From: Planctomycetota bacterium
GTDB lineage: Bacteria; Planctomycetota; UBA8108; UBA1146
NCBI GenBank assembly: GCA_036338595.1
Contig: JAYZBV010000033.1
Coordinates: 1 to 56,893, forward strand
Direction of reading: 5' to 3'
Length of the DNA: 56,893 bases
Shown: positions 47,880-56,893 of the stretch, piece after piece
How the letters are laid out: every line of letters begins with the position of its first letter
Numbering within the stretch: position 1 is the first letter of the stretch
Notes under the pieces: model-generated
What the model was told of the DNA's origin: nothing
Database searches by the model: none
What the model saw: the letters and a program-made list of their open reading frames with translations, nothing else
Made by a program: the position numbers and the translations under genes

Positions 47880-48725
47880 ATGATCCTGCTGTTGGAGTTT
47901 CTCATGGCTTCCAGTTGTGTTCTCGTCGTGCTGCTGGCCTCGATTCATGGCCTTGCCGTGGATGTGATTCCCGGTAGCGAGCCCTCCCGACAGGGGGCCA
48001 TTCCTCTCGGATCGGTGTTCTATTCCCCCGAATCGGGCCAGGTCGAGGCCGAGGGTTATTTCAATCTCAACAGCGGTTTTGTCGAGTACCTCGCCTGTCT
48101 TCCCGGAGTCAAAGCTCACGAGACGCTGGTTGCGCTCGATTGCGACCCTGCAGATCTCCAGGGTGCGTTGCTTCTGCTGGGGCTCGAACCATCCCGAAGC
48201 CCCCGATCAGAGATGGATCTGGCGCCGCTCGTGGGAGGGGACAGGGTCGTCATTTCACTCAGATTCAGGGTTCAGGACGGCGAAGGACGAGAGTGGGTTC
48301 GGACAATTCGGGCCGAAAATTGCCTGATCAATGCACCGATGGAGCGAGAGATGGTTCGTTGCGGTTTTTGCTTCACCGGGTCCTCGTTCGAGATGCTGGA
48401 TCCACCGCCTGGGGCGCCCGAAGGAAGTGAGCCGCAAGAGCATTTCATGTCGCGTGTGACCGGAGAGATCGTATCCCTGTGCCACAGACCCTGGGCGATC
48501 CTGGACAATCCGCTAGCGTTACCCTACCCGGACGGCGACTATTTCGCATACGCAGAGGTACTTCCTGCGTCTCGCAGAGATGACCCACCGCCGGTCACGA
48601 TGTTGATCCGGCGGGTTGCGAACGGTGACGTGGATCCTGATGCGGTCCGGATGGAACTTCCGCCCAGGGACAAGACCGTTGCAGATGAAGAAAAAAAACC
48701 GGAAGGGGAAGGCGGACGAAGATGA
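47880..48725 (+). CDS. YdjY-domain protein, probably exported
   Basis: VEYLAC.PG.KAHET, LQGALLLLGLEP, FCFTGSSF, GEIVSL, AILDNP. Start is uncertain. Confidence 0.7.
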   Translation: MILLLEFLMASSCVLVVLLASIHGLAVDVIPGSEPSRQGAIPLGSVFYSPESGQVEAEGYFNLNSGFVEYLACLPGVKAHETLVALDCDPADLQGALLLLGLEPSRSPRSEMDLAPLVGGDRVVISLRFRVQDGEGREWVRTIRAENCLINAPMEREMVRCGFCFTGSSFEMLDPPPGAPEGSEPQEHFMSRVTGEIVSLCHRPWAILDNPLALPYPDGDYFAYAEVLPASRRDDPPPVTMLIRRVANGDVDPDAVRMELPPRDKTVADEEKKPEGEGGRR

Positions 48726-49960
48726 CGACACTCGCCACATCCAGCGGCGCGATACGCGCGATTTCATCGATGCTCCTGGCGATCGCCCTGCTTATCGGGT
48801 GGGCCTGGGTTCCTTCGAACTTGCTGGCCCGACAGGATTCTGCTGCCGAGAAGACGCTCGACCGAGCGGCACTGAAGGATGTGATAGACCGCGGTGCCAA
48901 CTGGATCATTGATCACCAGCGCCCCGATGGTTCCTGGGGATCCTTCGCAGGCGACCCGGGTATCACTGCGATGGCGCTGAAATCTCTGGTGGATACGCCA
49001 AGAGCCTATCGCGAGGAGGATGGTCCCTTCATCAGTGCGGCGATCAAGTATCTGCTCTCCCATCAACAACCCGATGGCGGCGTGTATGTTCCTGACCAGG
49101 GATTGATGAATTACAAGACCTCGGTGACGGTGCTGGCCCTGACCGCCCTCGATGCCGGACGAAAGAAGCCACGCTACCTCGCCGAGGTAGCGCGAATGCG
49201 CGACTACATTGCAGGCATTCAATGTTCCGAACAGTCCACGCCGGTGGGGTATGACCCCAAGACTCATGTCAGTTCCTACGGTGGGATCGGATACGGCAGC
49301 GATCGTCGCCCCGATCTGAGCAACACACAGCTGGCACTGGAAGCCCTTGAGGCTGCTGGACTGTCAGAGGATTCGGAGGTCTGGCGCCGAGCGGCACGAT
49401 TCATCTCTCGCTGCCAGAACAAGAAAACCAGCAACGATGCACTCGATGGTGTCCGTAGAACTTCGACCGAGGACGGCGGGTTTTATTACCATCCGGATGA
49501 ATCCAAGGCGGGGACAGTCACCAATGAAGATGGAAGCCAGTCTTTTTCATCGTATGGGTCGATGACGTACGCTGCAGTGAAGTCGATGATCTATGCCGGA
49601 CTGCAACGGGACGATCCGCGACTCAAGGCCGCAGTGGAGTGGATCCGGACGCACTGGAGCGTCACCGAGAATCCCGGCATGTCGACTCCCGAGAACCCGA
49701 CTCGTGGCCAGATGGGCTACTACTACTATCTTGCAGTGATGGCTCGCGCCTTGCAGGTGCTCGAAGTCACAACTCTGACCGATGATGATGGACAGGAACA
49801 CAATTGGGCGCAGGAGATTGCCACGGCCCTGATCGAGCGCCAGCGTAACGATGGTTCCTGGTCAAATGAGATCGATCGGTGGTGGGAAGGGGATCCCGTA
49901 CTCGCCACTTCCTACGCATTACAAGCGCTCAATATCTGCTACCAGACGATGGAGGAATAA
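48722..49960 (+). CDS. Exported prenyltransferase/squalene-oxidase-repeat protein
   Basis: Signal peptide; QW-like repeats HQRPDGSW, HQQPDGG, RQRNDGSW; GGIGYG...RPDLSNTQ; DGGFYY; SYGSMTYA; GYYYY. Confidence 0.8.
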   Translation: MTTLATSSGAIRAISSMLLAIALLIGWAWVPSNLLARQDSAAEKTLDRAALKDVIDRGANWIIDHQRPDGSWGSFAGDPGITAMALKSLVDTPRAYREEDGPFISAAIKYLLSHQQPDGGVYVPDQGLMNYKTSVTVLALTALDAGRKKPRYLAEVARMRDYIAGIQCSEQSTPVGYDPKTHVSSYGGIGYGSDRRPDLSNTQLALEALEAAGLSEDSEVWRRAARFISRCQNKKTSNDALDGVRRTSTEDGGFYYHPDESKAGTVTNEDGSQSFSSYGSMTYAAVKSMIYAGLQRDDPRLKAAVEWIRTHWSVTENPGMSTPENPTRGQMGYYYYLAVMARALQVLEVTTLTDDDGQEHNWAQEIATALIERQRNDGSWSNEIDRWWEGDPVLATSYALQALNICYQTMEE

Positions 49961-49964
49961 GTAC

Positions 49965-51140
49965 GTGCCAAAGATGAAAGCGGTTCGAGGTTTGCGGGCC
50001 AAACTTGAAGTAGTCGACCCGGGGGAAGTGATCTGTCCTCCTTATGATGTGATAGCCCCGGACCTTCATCAGAAACTCCTCGACCATTCACCTGACAATG
50101 CAGTGCGCTGGATCCTGGGAGATGACCCCTCCGAGACGGTCGGCGAGGATGTCTTTCACAGTTGCAGTGCCGCTCTCAGGAGTGCCTACGACGAGGGAAA
50201 GCTGGAGCGCGAGCAGAATCGTTGCTTCTACCGTTACACCATCCAATACCGCAGTGATTCTGGAGATCAGCATCAACTCGATGGCGTGCTGGCCGCAGTG
50301 GAGGCACTTCCATGGGGTGACGGCGTGCTTCGCCACGAGGAGATCCGTCCCCACACCGTGGAGCGGCTCGTCAAGCAGGCCCGCGCCACCGGGATCGATC
50401 CGGGTGTCGTGATGCTGACCTGTGAGGGCCTCGAGGAAGCACTCGAGGCGGTCGGCAGTTCTCGAGAGGCGGGGGATCTGGTTTTCGAGAGCCAGGACTG
50501 GAACGGTGATACCCATACCCTGCGCCGGATCGATGATCCTGAACAGGTGGCAGCGATGGAGGCGACACTGGCCCCGATGCCATCCGCAGTGGCGGATGGG
50601 CATCATCGATACACCACCGCCCAGACCCTCAGTTCAGATGCTGACTTTCCTGGAGCTGGCCTGGTGATGGCATTCCTCTGCGATCTCCATCAGCCAGGCT
50701 TGCGCATCCGCCCGACCCACAGGGTCTGGACCTGGGAGAATGGGAAGAATGACTCGCGGCAAGTTCGAGATCGCCTGGTCGAAGCACTCGATGACGGTGA
50801 CGGCGATCAGTGGTGTATCGAGATTCCGGGCGGTGACTCGGTGACCCTGAACTGCCGTCAGGATGCAACTCGACCGACCCTGGCTCGCCGACTCGCAGAT
50901 GTTGTCGAGGAGATTGGCGGCATGGGGGCTCCCGCAACACCTCACGAGATCATGGCTGGACAACAGCTACTGACTGAAGCGGAGCAGGGTGTGTTCTGCA
51001 TCTTGCCACCTGTCAGTCGAGACGAGTTCTGGACCCGGGTACTGGCGGGCGAGATCTTTCCTCCGAAGACCACATTCTTTGAACCCAAGATTTCCAACGG
51101 AGTAGTCATCCGATTTATCGACGAACAGGAGCCATCATGA
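49965..51140 (+). CDS. DUF1015 family protein
   Basis: ICPPYDVI, RHEE, ADGHHRY, IRPTHR, PPKTTFFEPK; GGAGG RBS before GTG. Confidence 0.85.
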   Translation: MPKMKAVRGLRAKLEVVDPGEVICPPYDVIAPDLHQKLLDHSPDNAVRWILGDDPSETVGEDVFHSCSAALRSAYDEGKLEREQNRCFYRYTIQYRSDSGDQHQLDGVLAAVEALPWGDGVLRHEEIRPHTVERLVKQARATGIDPGVVMLTCEGLEEALEAVGSSREAGDLVFESQDWNGDTHTLRRIDDPEQVAAMEATLAPMPSAVADGHHRYTTAQTLSSDADFPGAGLVMAFLCDLHQPGLRIRPTHRVWTWENGKNDSRQVRDRLVEALDDGDGDQWCIEIPGGDSVTLNCRQDATRPTLARRLADVVEEIGGMGAPATPHEIMAGQQLLTEAEQGVFCILPPVSRDEFWTRVLAGEIFPPKTTFFEPKISNGVVIRFIDEQEPS

Positions 51141-52237
51141 GAGCCGTAGACGATCATCCAGTGTGCCGGAATGTTCCGCGCCTGTTCATTCCGGGACCTG
51201 TCGAGGTGGAGGAGGAGATCCTCCAGGCGATGACTCGTCCCATGATTGGACATCGAGCGCCGGAGTTTTCGGTGCTAGGAGAAGAACTCCACCGCAATTC
51301 TCAGAGGTTTTTCCGCACGGAAAATCCGGTCTATATCCTCACATCCTCGGGCACGGGGGGTATGGAAACCGCAGTCAGAAATGGTGTCAAGGAGAAGGTC
51401 CTCTGCTTCATCAACGGAGCATTCAGTGAACGGTTCTACAAGGTCTGCGTGTCGAATGGCAAGGACGCGACCCGGGTCGAGATTCCCTGGGGAGAAGCGG
51501 TCAAACCAGACAGAGTGAGAGATGAACTGTCACGGGGGAGTTTCGATGCTGTGACCATCGTTCACAACGAAACCAGTACCGGTGTCATGAGTCCACTGGC
51601 TGATATCGCCGAGGTGGTCTCCGAATTTGATGATGTCTTCCTGCTTGTCGATGCCATCACAAGTGCTGCTGCGGTGCCGATTCACCTGGCAGACATGGCA
51701 CCCATCGATTACCTCACGACAGGAAGCCAGAAGGCGCTGGCATTGCCGCCAGGTCTTGCACTGCTTGCGGTTTCCGAGCGGGCACTGGAACGGGCGGCCA
51801 GCATCGAGAACCGGGGTCTGTATTTCGATGTTCTGGAGATGCACAAGTCGTGGCAGAAGAATCAAACGCCCAGCACGCCGACGATTGCGCTGATGCAGGC
51901 GCTGAAGGATCGCCTTGCCATGATTCTTGCAGATGAGGATCGTTGGTATGGTGGACATCTGGAGCGCGCCGAGTTGACGCGAGAATGGGCCAGGGATCGC
52001 TTCGAGATCTTTGCAGAATCTGGTTTCGAATCGGTTTCCTTGACCTGCATCCAGAACAACCGTGGCATCTCGATAGCCGACCTGAATGGAAAATTGCGAG
52101 AACAGGACATGTTTCTCTCCAATGGCTACGGCAATCTGAAGGAAAAGACATTCAGGATCGGACATATGGGCGCAGTGACCATCGATGACACGAAAGAGTT
52201 GCTCGGACTCATCGACAACTTCGTCGCAGCGTCCTGA
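51137..52237 (+). CDS. Class V PLP aminotransferase (alanine-glyoxylate/serine-pyruvate family)
   Basis: LFIPGPVE, SSGTGGME, VHNETSTG, VDAITS, GSQKALALPPG, QTPSTP, FRIGHMG. Confidence 0.9.
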   Translation: MRAVDDHPVCRNVPRLFIPGPVEVEEEILQAMTRPMIGHRAPEFSVLGEELHRNSQRFFRTENPVYILTSSGTGGMETAVRNGVKEKVLCFINGAFSERFYKVCVSNGKDATRVEIPWGEAVKPDRVRDELSRGSFDAVTIVHNETSTGVMSPLADIAEVVSEFDDVFLLVDAITSAAAVPIHLADMAPIDYLTTGSQKALALPPGLALLAVSERALERAASIENRGLYFDVLEMHKSWQKNQTPSTPTIALMQALKDRLAMILADEDRWYGGHLERAELTREWARDRFEIFAESGFESVSLTCIQNNRGISIADLNGKLREQDMFLSNGYGNLKEKTFRIGHMGAVTIDDTKELLGLIDNFVAAS

Positions 52238-52460
52238 TCCATCGGGTGGGCGACCACTCGGGGATCGATAAAGTGCCGCCAAGCAGATGGTCCGAGAGGG
52301 GATCGATCCGGACCATCGAATGCTGTAGATGGGTCAGAACAAGGGCATCCAGATCGAAATACCCGATCTGTCGGGCACTCCCCGGGATTGGAATTGGTTC
52401 GAGTGTTCTTGACCTTGCCGGTCCGATTGCTTAGGTTCTGGGGTGATAGGTTTGCACAAG

Positions 52461-52536
52461 CGCGGGGTGGAGCAGTTGGCAGCTCGTCGGGCTCATAACC
52501 CGAAGGTCGCAGGTTCGAGTCCTGCCCCCGCTACCA
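52461..52536 (+). tRNA. tRNA-fMet (initiator, CAT)
   Basis: C1:A72 mismatch, TCGGG-CTCATAA-CCCGA anticodon arm with three G-C pairs, GGTTCGAGTCC, CCA end. Confidence 0.97.
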
Positions 52537-52546
52537 AAATTCAGAG

Positions 52547-52577
52547 AGCGGCCGGCGATCTTCGTCGGCCGCTTTTT
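52547..52577 (+). terminator. Intrinsic terminator after the tRNA
   Basis: AGCGGCCGGCGA-TCT-TCGTCGGCCGCT-TTTT. Confidence 0.8.
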
Positions 52578-52940
52578 CGTGCCCGTCTCGGTTGGCCGTG
52601 ATCTTCGCGGGATCTCCGTGAGGTTTGTGCCACCTGGAACCATCATTTGGAACCATGGCGATACTTCGATGTTGCCGGGGATGGGCCTCGACGTCGCACC
52701 GTCCCGAGAGCCCCAAGAGGGTCGGCAGACCCGCTTGAGGGCCACTCAGTTGCACATCCTGCCCCGTCTCCAGCACCTACCCACACTCTATGCCTCGCAC
52801 CTTGTGGTGATAAGATGGAGACAGTCTGTTTCCCCTGTATCGCGGTGGAATAGATTGCCAGTTTGTACTCTGACAGTCCGCTCCTGTTCAGTGGGGAATC
52901 GTCTCCAGTTTTCTGGTGTTGCATCTCCAGGAGGATCACG

Positions 52941-55900
52941 ATGATCATTTCAAGGTTCGTTCGAACAACTGTTGCCACAATAATGCTGCTGTCACCGCTT
53001 GCTGTGACCGAGATTGCCATCGCACAGCAGTGTGATCCCGGTGGAGGGATGGGTGGAACCGGCCCGGATGTGATGGTCGGAGTGTTGACCGGCACCCAGA
53101 GTTATGGCCTGGCGAGTGGACACTATGCCTATTCTGTAGGAACCACCTCATGCAACATCGGAACGGATACCTTGTTGTGGATCGCCAACACCAACCAGCA
53201 CCCTGTCATCGGACAGAACCTCTACCGCCACAACAACGGAAGATTCGAGCAGATTGGAATGAGTTGGCTCAAGCATGGCTTCCTCGCTCTCGCTCAGAAT
53301 TCTTGCGGCTGTGGCTGCAACAACCCTGGTAACGGGGCTCTGCTGGGGATCGGTTGCTCCGATCCATATTCCTCCGGTCTCAACGGACAGCAGTCAGGTC
53401 TGGGTCCTCGGTCGGAGGTGACCGATCCAGCCAACGGTGGATACCAGTACCCGATCAATCTGAACCCGCCGAACACCGATCTGACAGCGAAGCGATTGCG
53501 GGTCAATGAAAGCGACAACGATCCGGCCTTGAATGCCGGGGCGACATACTTTGTCGAGGGACACTATGTGACGCCCGACGATGCTGCTGCAGGAAACGCT
53601 CACAACAATTGTTCCTACAGATCCGTGACCTTCTCGACCAACGCCAGCCGAGCCATGACTCTTACCGGTACGACACAGCGACAGCAGCCAGGGATCCAGG
53701 CGTGGCAGGACTCCGACCCATCGGTGACCCTCGTCGAGGCGATCGATGCGGATAATGGCCTCGTCATCGTGGGTTACAAGGTGACGGACATCGGCGGCGG
53801 CCAACATTCCTACGAGTACGCCATCTTCAACATGAACTCGACCCGCTCGGTGGCCTCGTTCCAGATGCCGCTCGCTGGTGGAGTGACGCTCAACTCCATC
53901 GAATCCCACCACCCCGCTTACCACAGCGGTGAACCCTACAGTTCCACCCCATGGTCCGCTTCTCAATCGGCGGGGGTGATCGAGTGGGCAACGCAGACGG
54001 TCACTCAGGATGTGAATGCGAACGCAATCCGCTGGAGTGCGCTTCACAATTTCCGCTTCATCGCCAATGCACCTCCGACCGTGGTGACTGCCACGCTGGG
54101 TCATTTTTCTGGCGGTGGGTCTTCTTCCCTCCAGATCCTGGCTCCCAGCGGTGATTTCACGATTCCCGTCTCGGCGCTGAGTTGTACTCAGGTCGGCGAG
54201 CAGGTGGAACTCAACTGGACCAACGGCGAAGTGTACGATTCCATCGAGGTCACTCGAGATGGTCAGGTCATCGCCACGATGGCTGGATCGTTGACATCGT
54301 ACACCGACGCGAGCACTACACCTGGTCTTCACGAGTACGGTGTCAATGCAAGCGCAGCAGGTGTGCCTTCCGGAGTGGTTGCGTGCCAGATCACCGTTGC
54401 CACGGCGTTGACCATCTCGGTCGTCGGAGGCGATCCAACGGTCTTTTATCCGCTCGGGGGAGACACATTCGATGTGGTGATCACCCCGACGGCAGGATCC
54501 TCGGTCCAGGCTGGCACGGAGGTACTCCAGATTCAGACGCCAGCTGGAGTTCAAACGATTCCGCTCGTCTTCGTCGGGGGGCTCTCGTACCAGATGACCT
54601 TCCCGGCAGTGACCTGTGGCACCGAGTTTGGCTGGTGGATCGAGGCGCAAAGTGCAGCGGGACAGCTGGTGACCTACCCCGATGGAGGCTCCACGGCCCC
54701 GGCACCGGGACTGTCCGCGTTCGGATTGACCGAGGAGATCACCGATTTCGAGACTGCCGCTGGCTGGTCCGTCGGGGCACCGAACGATGCCACGACCGGC
54801 AACTGGACCCGCGGAGATCCGATCGGAACGCTCGCCCAGCCGGAAGACGATCATAGTGATCCAGGTACATTGTGCTGGTTCACGGGGCAAGGCGCTGTCG
54901 GTGGATCGCTGGGCGCCAATGATGTCGACGGTGGATCGACCACGCTGTACACGCCCATCATGGACCTCTCTACCACCACCAATCCGCTGATCAGTTACTT
55001 CCGCTGGTACTCCAATGACAGCGGTGCGTCGCCTGGGGCTGATATTTTTGTCGTCGAGATCTCGGACGATCTGGCGACATGGATCAATGTCGAGACGGTC
55101 GGCCCTACCGGAACCGGAACCTCGGGAGGTTGGCTTGAACACAGTTTCAACGCCGCAGATTTCGTGCTGCTGACCAGTAACGTCAGAGTGAGGTTCACCG
55201 CCAGTGACCTCGCTTCAGGATCGATCGTCGAAGCGGGTATCGACGACTTCAGATTTGAAGATGTGGACTGTTCCGGGATCACCGATTGCAACCAGAACGG
55301 AGTTCCGGATGACCAGGATATTGGTTCCGGAACCAGTGCCGACTGCGATGTCGACGGCATTCCCGATGAGTGTACGACCGGGGATGGCTCCGTGCCTGAC
55401 TGCAATGGCAACAGTATTCCTGACATCTGCGATGTGGCGTCAGGGGCTGAAGACTGTGATCAGGATGGAGTGCCAGATACCTGTGAAGTAGATACCGACA
55501 ATGATGGCCAGATCGATGATTGCGATTCCGATATCGACGGCGATGGGATTCCCAATGATTGTGACATCGATCAGACTGCAGGGTCTGACTGTGACTCGAA
55601 TGGCCAGATCGATTCCTGTGATATCGCTTCCGGTGCGGTCGATTGCGACCTGAACGGTCAACTCGATAGCTGTCAGATGGCTGCTGACCCGAATACAGAC
55701 TGCGATTCGACGGGAACACTCGATACCTGTGATATCGCTGGTGGTCTGGCTACCGATTGCAACGGGAATTTGACTCCTGACAGTTGTGAGATTGCAGCAG
55801 ACGCCGCACTCGATTGCGACACCAGTGGAACGCTGGATTCGTGCGACATTGCTGGCGGGCTGGCAACGGATTGCGATGGAGATTCGACCCCAGATAGCTG

Positions 55901-56351
55901 CGAGATCGCAGCGGACCGAAGTCTCGATTGCGATACGAGCGGCGCTCTGGATGCATGCGAGATCGCTTCGGGAGCCGTTGCCGATTGCAATCTGAATTCA
56001 ATCCCGGATTCCTGCGACATTGCCAGCGGAAACAGCAGCGACAACAACTCGGATGGCGAACCGGATGAGTGTGCAGTTCAGGACTGGGTACGCGGTGACA
56101 TCAATGCGGATGGTGCTCACGACATCAGCGATGCCGTGGCCAGCCTCAACTACCTGTTCGGATCAGGAACGGTGTCCTGCGTGGCGACCGTCGATGTCAA
56201 TAATGATGAGAGCGTAAATGTTGCGGATACAGTTTTCTTGCTCAGTTACCTGTTTGCAGGAGGAGCGAGTCCAGCGGCACCCTTCCCGGCATGTGGTCAG
56301 GACCCAGGGGGAACCACTCTTGCCTGCGATGCCTTCTCATCTTGCCCATGA
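52941..56351 (+). CDS. Large secreted protein: Cys-containing N-terminal domain, FN3-like module, jelly-roll-like domain, Cys/Asp repeats and C-terminal dockerin
   Basis: AGGAGG RBS; signal peptide; GTTSCNIG...FEQIGMSWLKHGF..LG.GCSDPYS; many DCN.NG..D.CDI repeats; VRGDINADGAHDISDAV...DVNNDESVNVADTVFLLSYLF. Confidence 0.85.
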   Translation: MIISRFVRTTVATIMLLSPLAVTEIAIAQQCDPGGGMGGTGPDVMVGVLTGTQSYGLASGHYAYSVGTTSCNIGTDTLLWIANTNQHPVIGQNLYRHNNGRFEQIGMSWLKHGFLALAQNSCGCGCNNPGNGALLGIGCSDPYSSGLNGQQSGLGPRSEVTDPANGGYQYPINLNPPNTDLTAKRLRVNESDNDPALNAGATYFVEGHYVTPDDAAAGNAHNNCSYRSVTFSTNASRAMTLTGTTQRQQPGIQAWQDSDPSVTLVEAIDADNGLVIVGYKVTDIGGGQHSYEYAIFNMNSTRSVASFQMPLAGGVTLNSIESHHPAYHSGEPYSSTPWSASQSAGVIEWATQTVTQDVNANAIRWSALHNFRFIANAPPTVVTATLGHFSGGGSSSLQILAPSGDFTIPVSALSCTQVGEQVELNWTNGEVYDSIEVTRDGQVIATMAGSLTSYTDASTTPGLHEYGVNASAAGVPSGVVACQITVATALTISVVGGDPTVFYPLGGDTFDVVITPTAGSSVQAGTEVLQIQTPAGVQTIPLVFVGGLSYQMTFPAVTCGTEFGWWIEAQSAAGQLVTYPDGGSTAPAPGLSAFGLTEEITDFETAAGWSVGAPNDATTGNWTRGDPIGTLAQPEDDHSDPGTLCWFTGQGAVGGSLGANDVDGGSTTLYTPIMDLSTTTNPLISYFRWYSNDSGASPGADIFVVEISDDLATWINVETVGPTGTGTSGGWLEHSFNAADFVLLTSNVRVRFTASDLASGSIVEAGIDDFRFEDVDCSGITDCNQNGVPDDQDIGSGTSADCDVDGIPDECTTGDGSVPDCNGNSIPDICDVASGAEDCDQDGVPDTCEVDTDNDGQIDDCDSDIDGDGIPNDCDIDQTAGSDCDSNGQIDSCDIASGAVDCDLNGQLDSCQMAADPNTDCDSTGTLDTCDIAGGLATDCNGNLTPDSCEIAADAALDCDTSGTLDSCDIAGGLATDCDGDSTPDSCEIAADRSLDCDTSGALDACEIASGAVADCNLNSIPDSCDIASGNSSDNNSDGEPDECAVQDWVRGDINADGAHDISDAVASLNYLFGSGTVSCVATVDVNNDESVNVADTVFLLSYLFAGGASPAAPFPACGQDPGGTTLACDAFSSCP
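55278..56075 (+). repeat. Array of ~18-19-aa Cys/Asp-rich (thrombospondin type-3-like) repeats
   Basis: DCNGNSIPDICDVASG, DCDSNGQIDSCDIASG, DCDSTGTLDTCDIAGG, DCDTSGTLDSCDIAGG and others. Confidence 0.8.
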
Positions 56352-56372
56352 TCAGCAACTGGATGTATTGAC

Positions 56373-56412
56373 GAAAGAGGCCCCCGTGACCCTGGTCACG
56401 GGGGCCTCTTTC
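56373..56412. terminator. Bidirectional intrinsic terminator
   Basis: GAAAGAGGCCCCCGTGACC-CT-GGTCACGGGGGCCTCTTTC between convergent genes. Confidence 0.85.
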
Positions 56413-56454
56413 ATGTAGGCGTGGTGCGATGGACCGATCGTTGAAAGATTTGAA

Positions 56455-56893
56455 TCAACTGCCGGGATCGGGCGCATCGATGAAGTCTTCAATCTCCAGC
56501 CGAAGACGTTCAAGGATCTGATCGTAGGGAAACGATCCCAGGCTCAGGCTACCTCGCTTGAGATTGACGAAACTGGGTGCGCACCACAGCCCGAGATCCG
56601 CATCGTCGGTTTCTCCGGGGCCATTCACACGACATCCCATCACTGCGATGGTGATATCGTGAGTGGAGTACTGCTCGGAGAGTTGCTTCACATCTTGAGC
56701 GAGATCGACGAAGGCCTCGTTCTCGACCCGAGAACAGGAGGGACAGGAGATGATGTTGGGGCCGGAGCGCTGGTATTGAACAACGCTGCGAACGCGGCCG
56801 GCTGCGATGTCCTTCAGGATCTGATGTCCTGTATCGACCTCCTGGTACTTGAGTTCATTGGGAAGAGTCAGAGAAACGCGGATGGTGTCACCG
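56455..56893 (-). CDS. ispG: (E)-4-hydroxy-3-methylbut-2-enyl diphosphate synthase, C-terminal part (5' end outside the window)
   Basis: Manual translation: GDTIRVSLT...[12 protein letters not shown]...[13 protein letters not shown]. Confidence 0.9.
   Translation of the reverse strand, partial: GDTIRVSLTLPNELKYQEVDTGHQILKDIAAGRVRSVVQYQRSGPNIISCPSCSRVENEAFVDLAQDVKQLSEQYSTHDITIAVMGCRVNGPGETDDADLGLWCAPSFVNLKRGSLSLGSFPYDQILERLRLEIEDFIDAPDPGS

Noticed and set aside
48722..49960. Squalene-hopene cyclase
   Set aside because: It is too short (single barrel), has a signal peptide and lacks the DxDD catalytic motif.
52461..52940. Integrative element at tRNA-fMet or tRNA-Pro
   Set aside because: No integrase and no duplicated tRNA 3' end were seen in the window.
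53394..55142. 582-aa minus-strand ORF
   Set aside because: Antisense shadow of the dockerin-tailed protein.

Overview
This is a gene-dense, GC-rich bacterial chromosomal segment, probably Planctomycetota. That assignment is inferred from the dockerin-tailed secreted proteins, YdjY, the exported prenyltransferase-repeat protein and the BFD-like protein; no search was run. It holds about 37 CDS, two tRNAs (Pro-GGG and initiator Met) and several intrinsic terminators. I found no rRNA, CRISPR array or mobile element. Housekeeping genes include ltaE, trpS, glyA, prfB, gluQ, mqnA, ispG (partial), an MrfA/MrfB-type helicase-exonuclease pair, two cyclophilins, an M3 peptidase and LPS-type glycosyltransferases with a kinase. 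Highlights: (1) a minus-strand operon of ECF sigma factor, zinc-finger anti-sigma with an extracytoplasmic dockerin, a UGA-recoded selenocysteine metallophosphoesterase-like/tetraheme cytochrome c (SECIS-like hairpin present; the ORF track splits it) and its tandem cysteine paralog; (2) a structured ~300-nt intergenic element upstream of a frameshift-free prfB, with a 16-nt perfect complement of the 16S rRNA 3' end, a 12-codon ORF and a terminator; (3) a MamK-like actin with a coiled-coil neighbour and no other magnetosome genes; (4) a CHAT protease, an orphan secretin with a long C-terminal extension and a HEAT lipoprotein; (5) several large dockerin-tailed surface proteins, one of 2315 aa; (6) an orphan Cys/Asn-rich 4-TM protein with a structured leader. 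All family calls come from motif recognition, and many start codons were adjusted by hand using RBS and overlap evidence.
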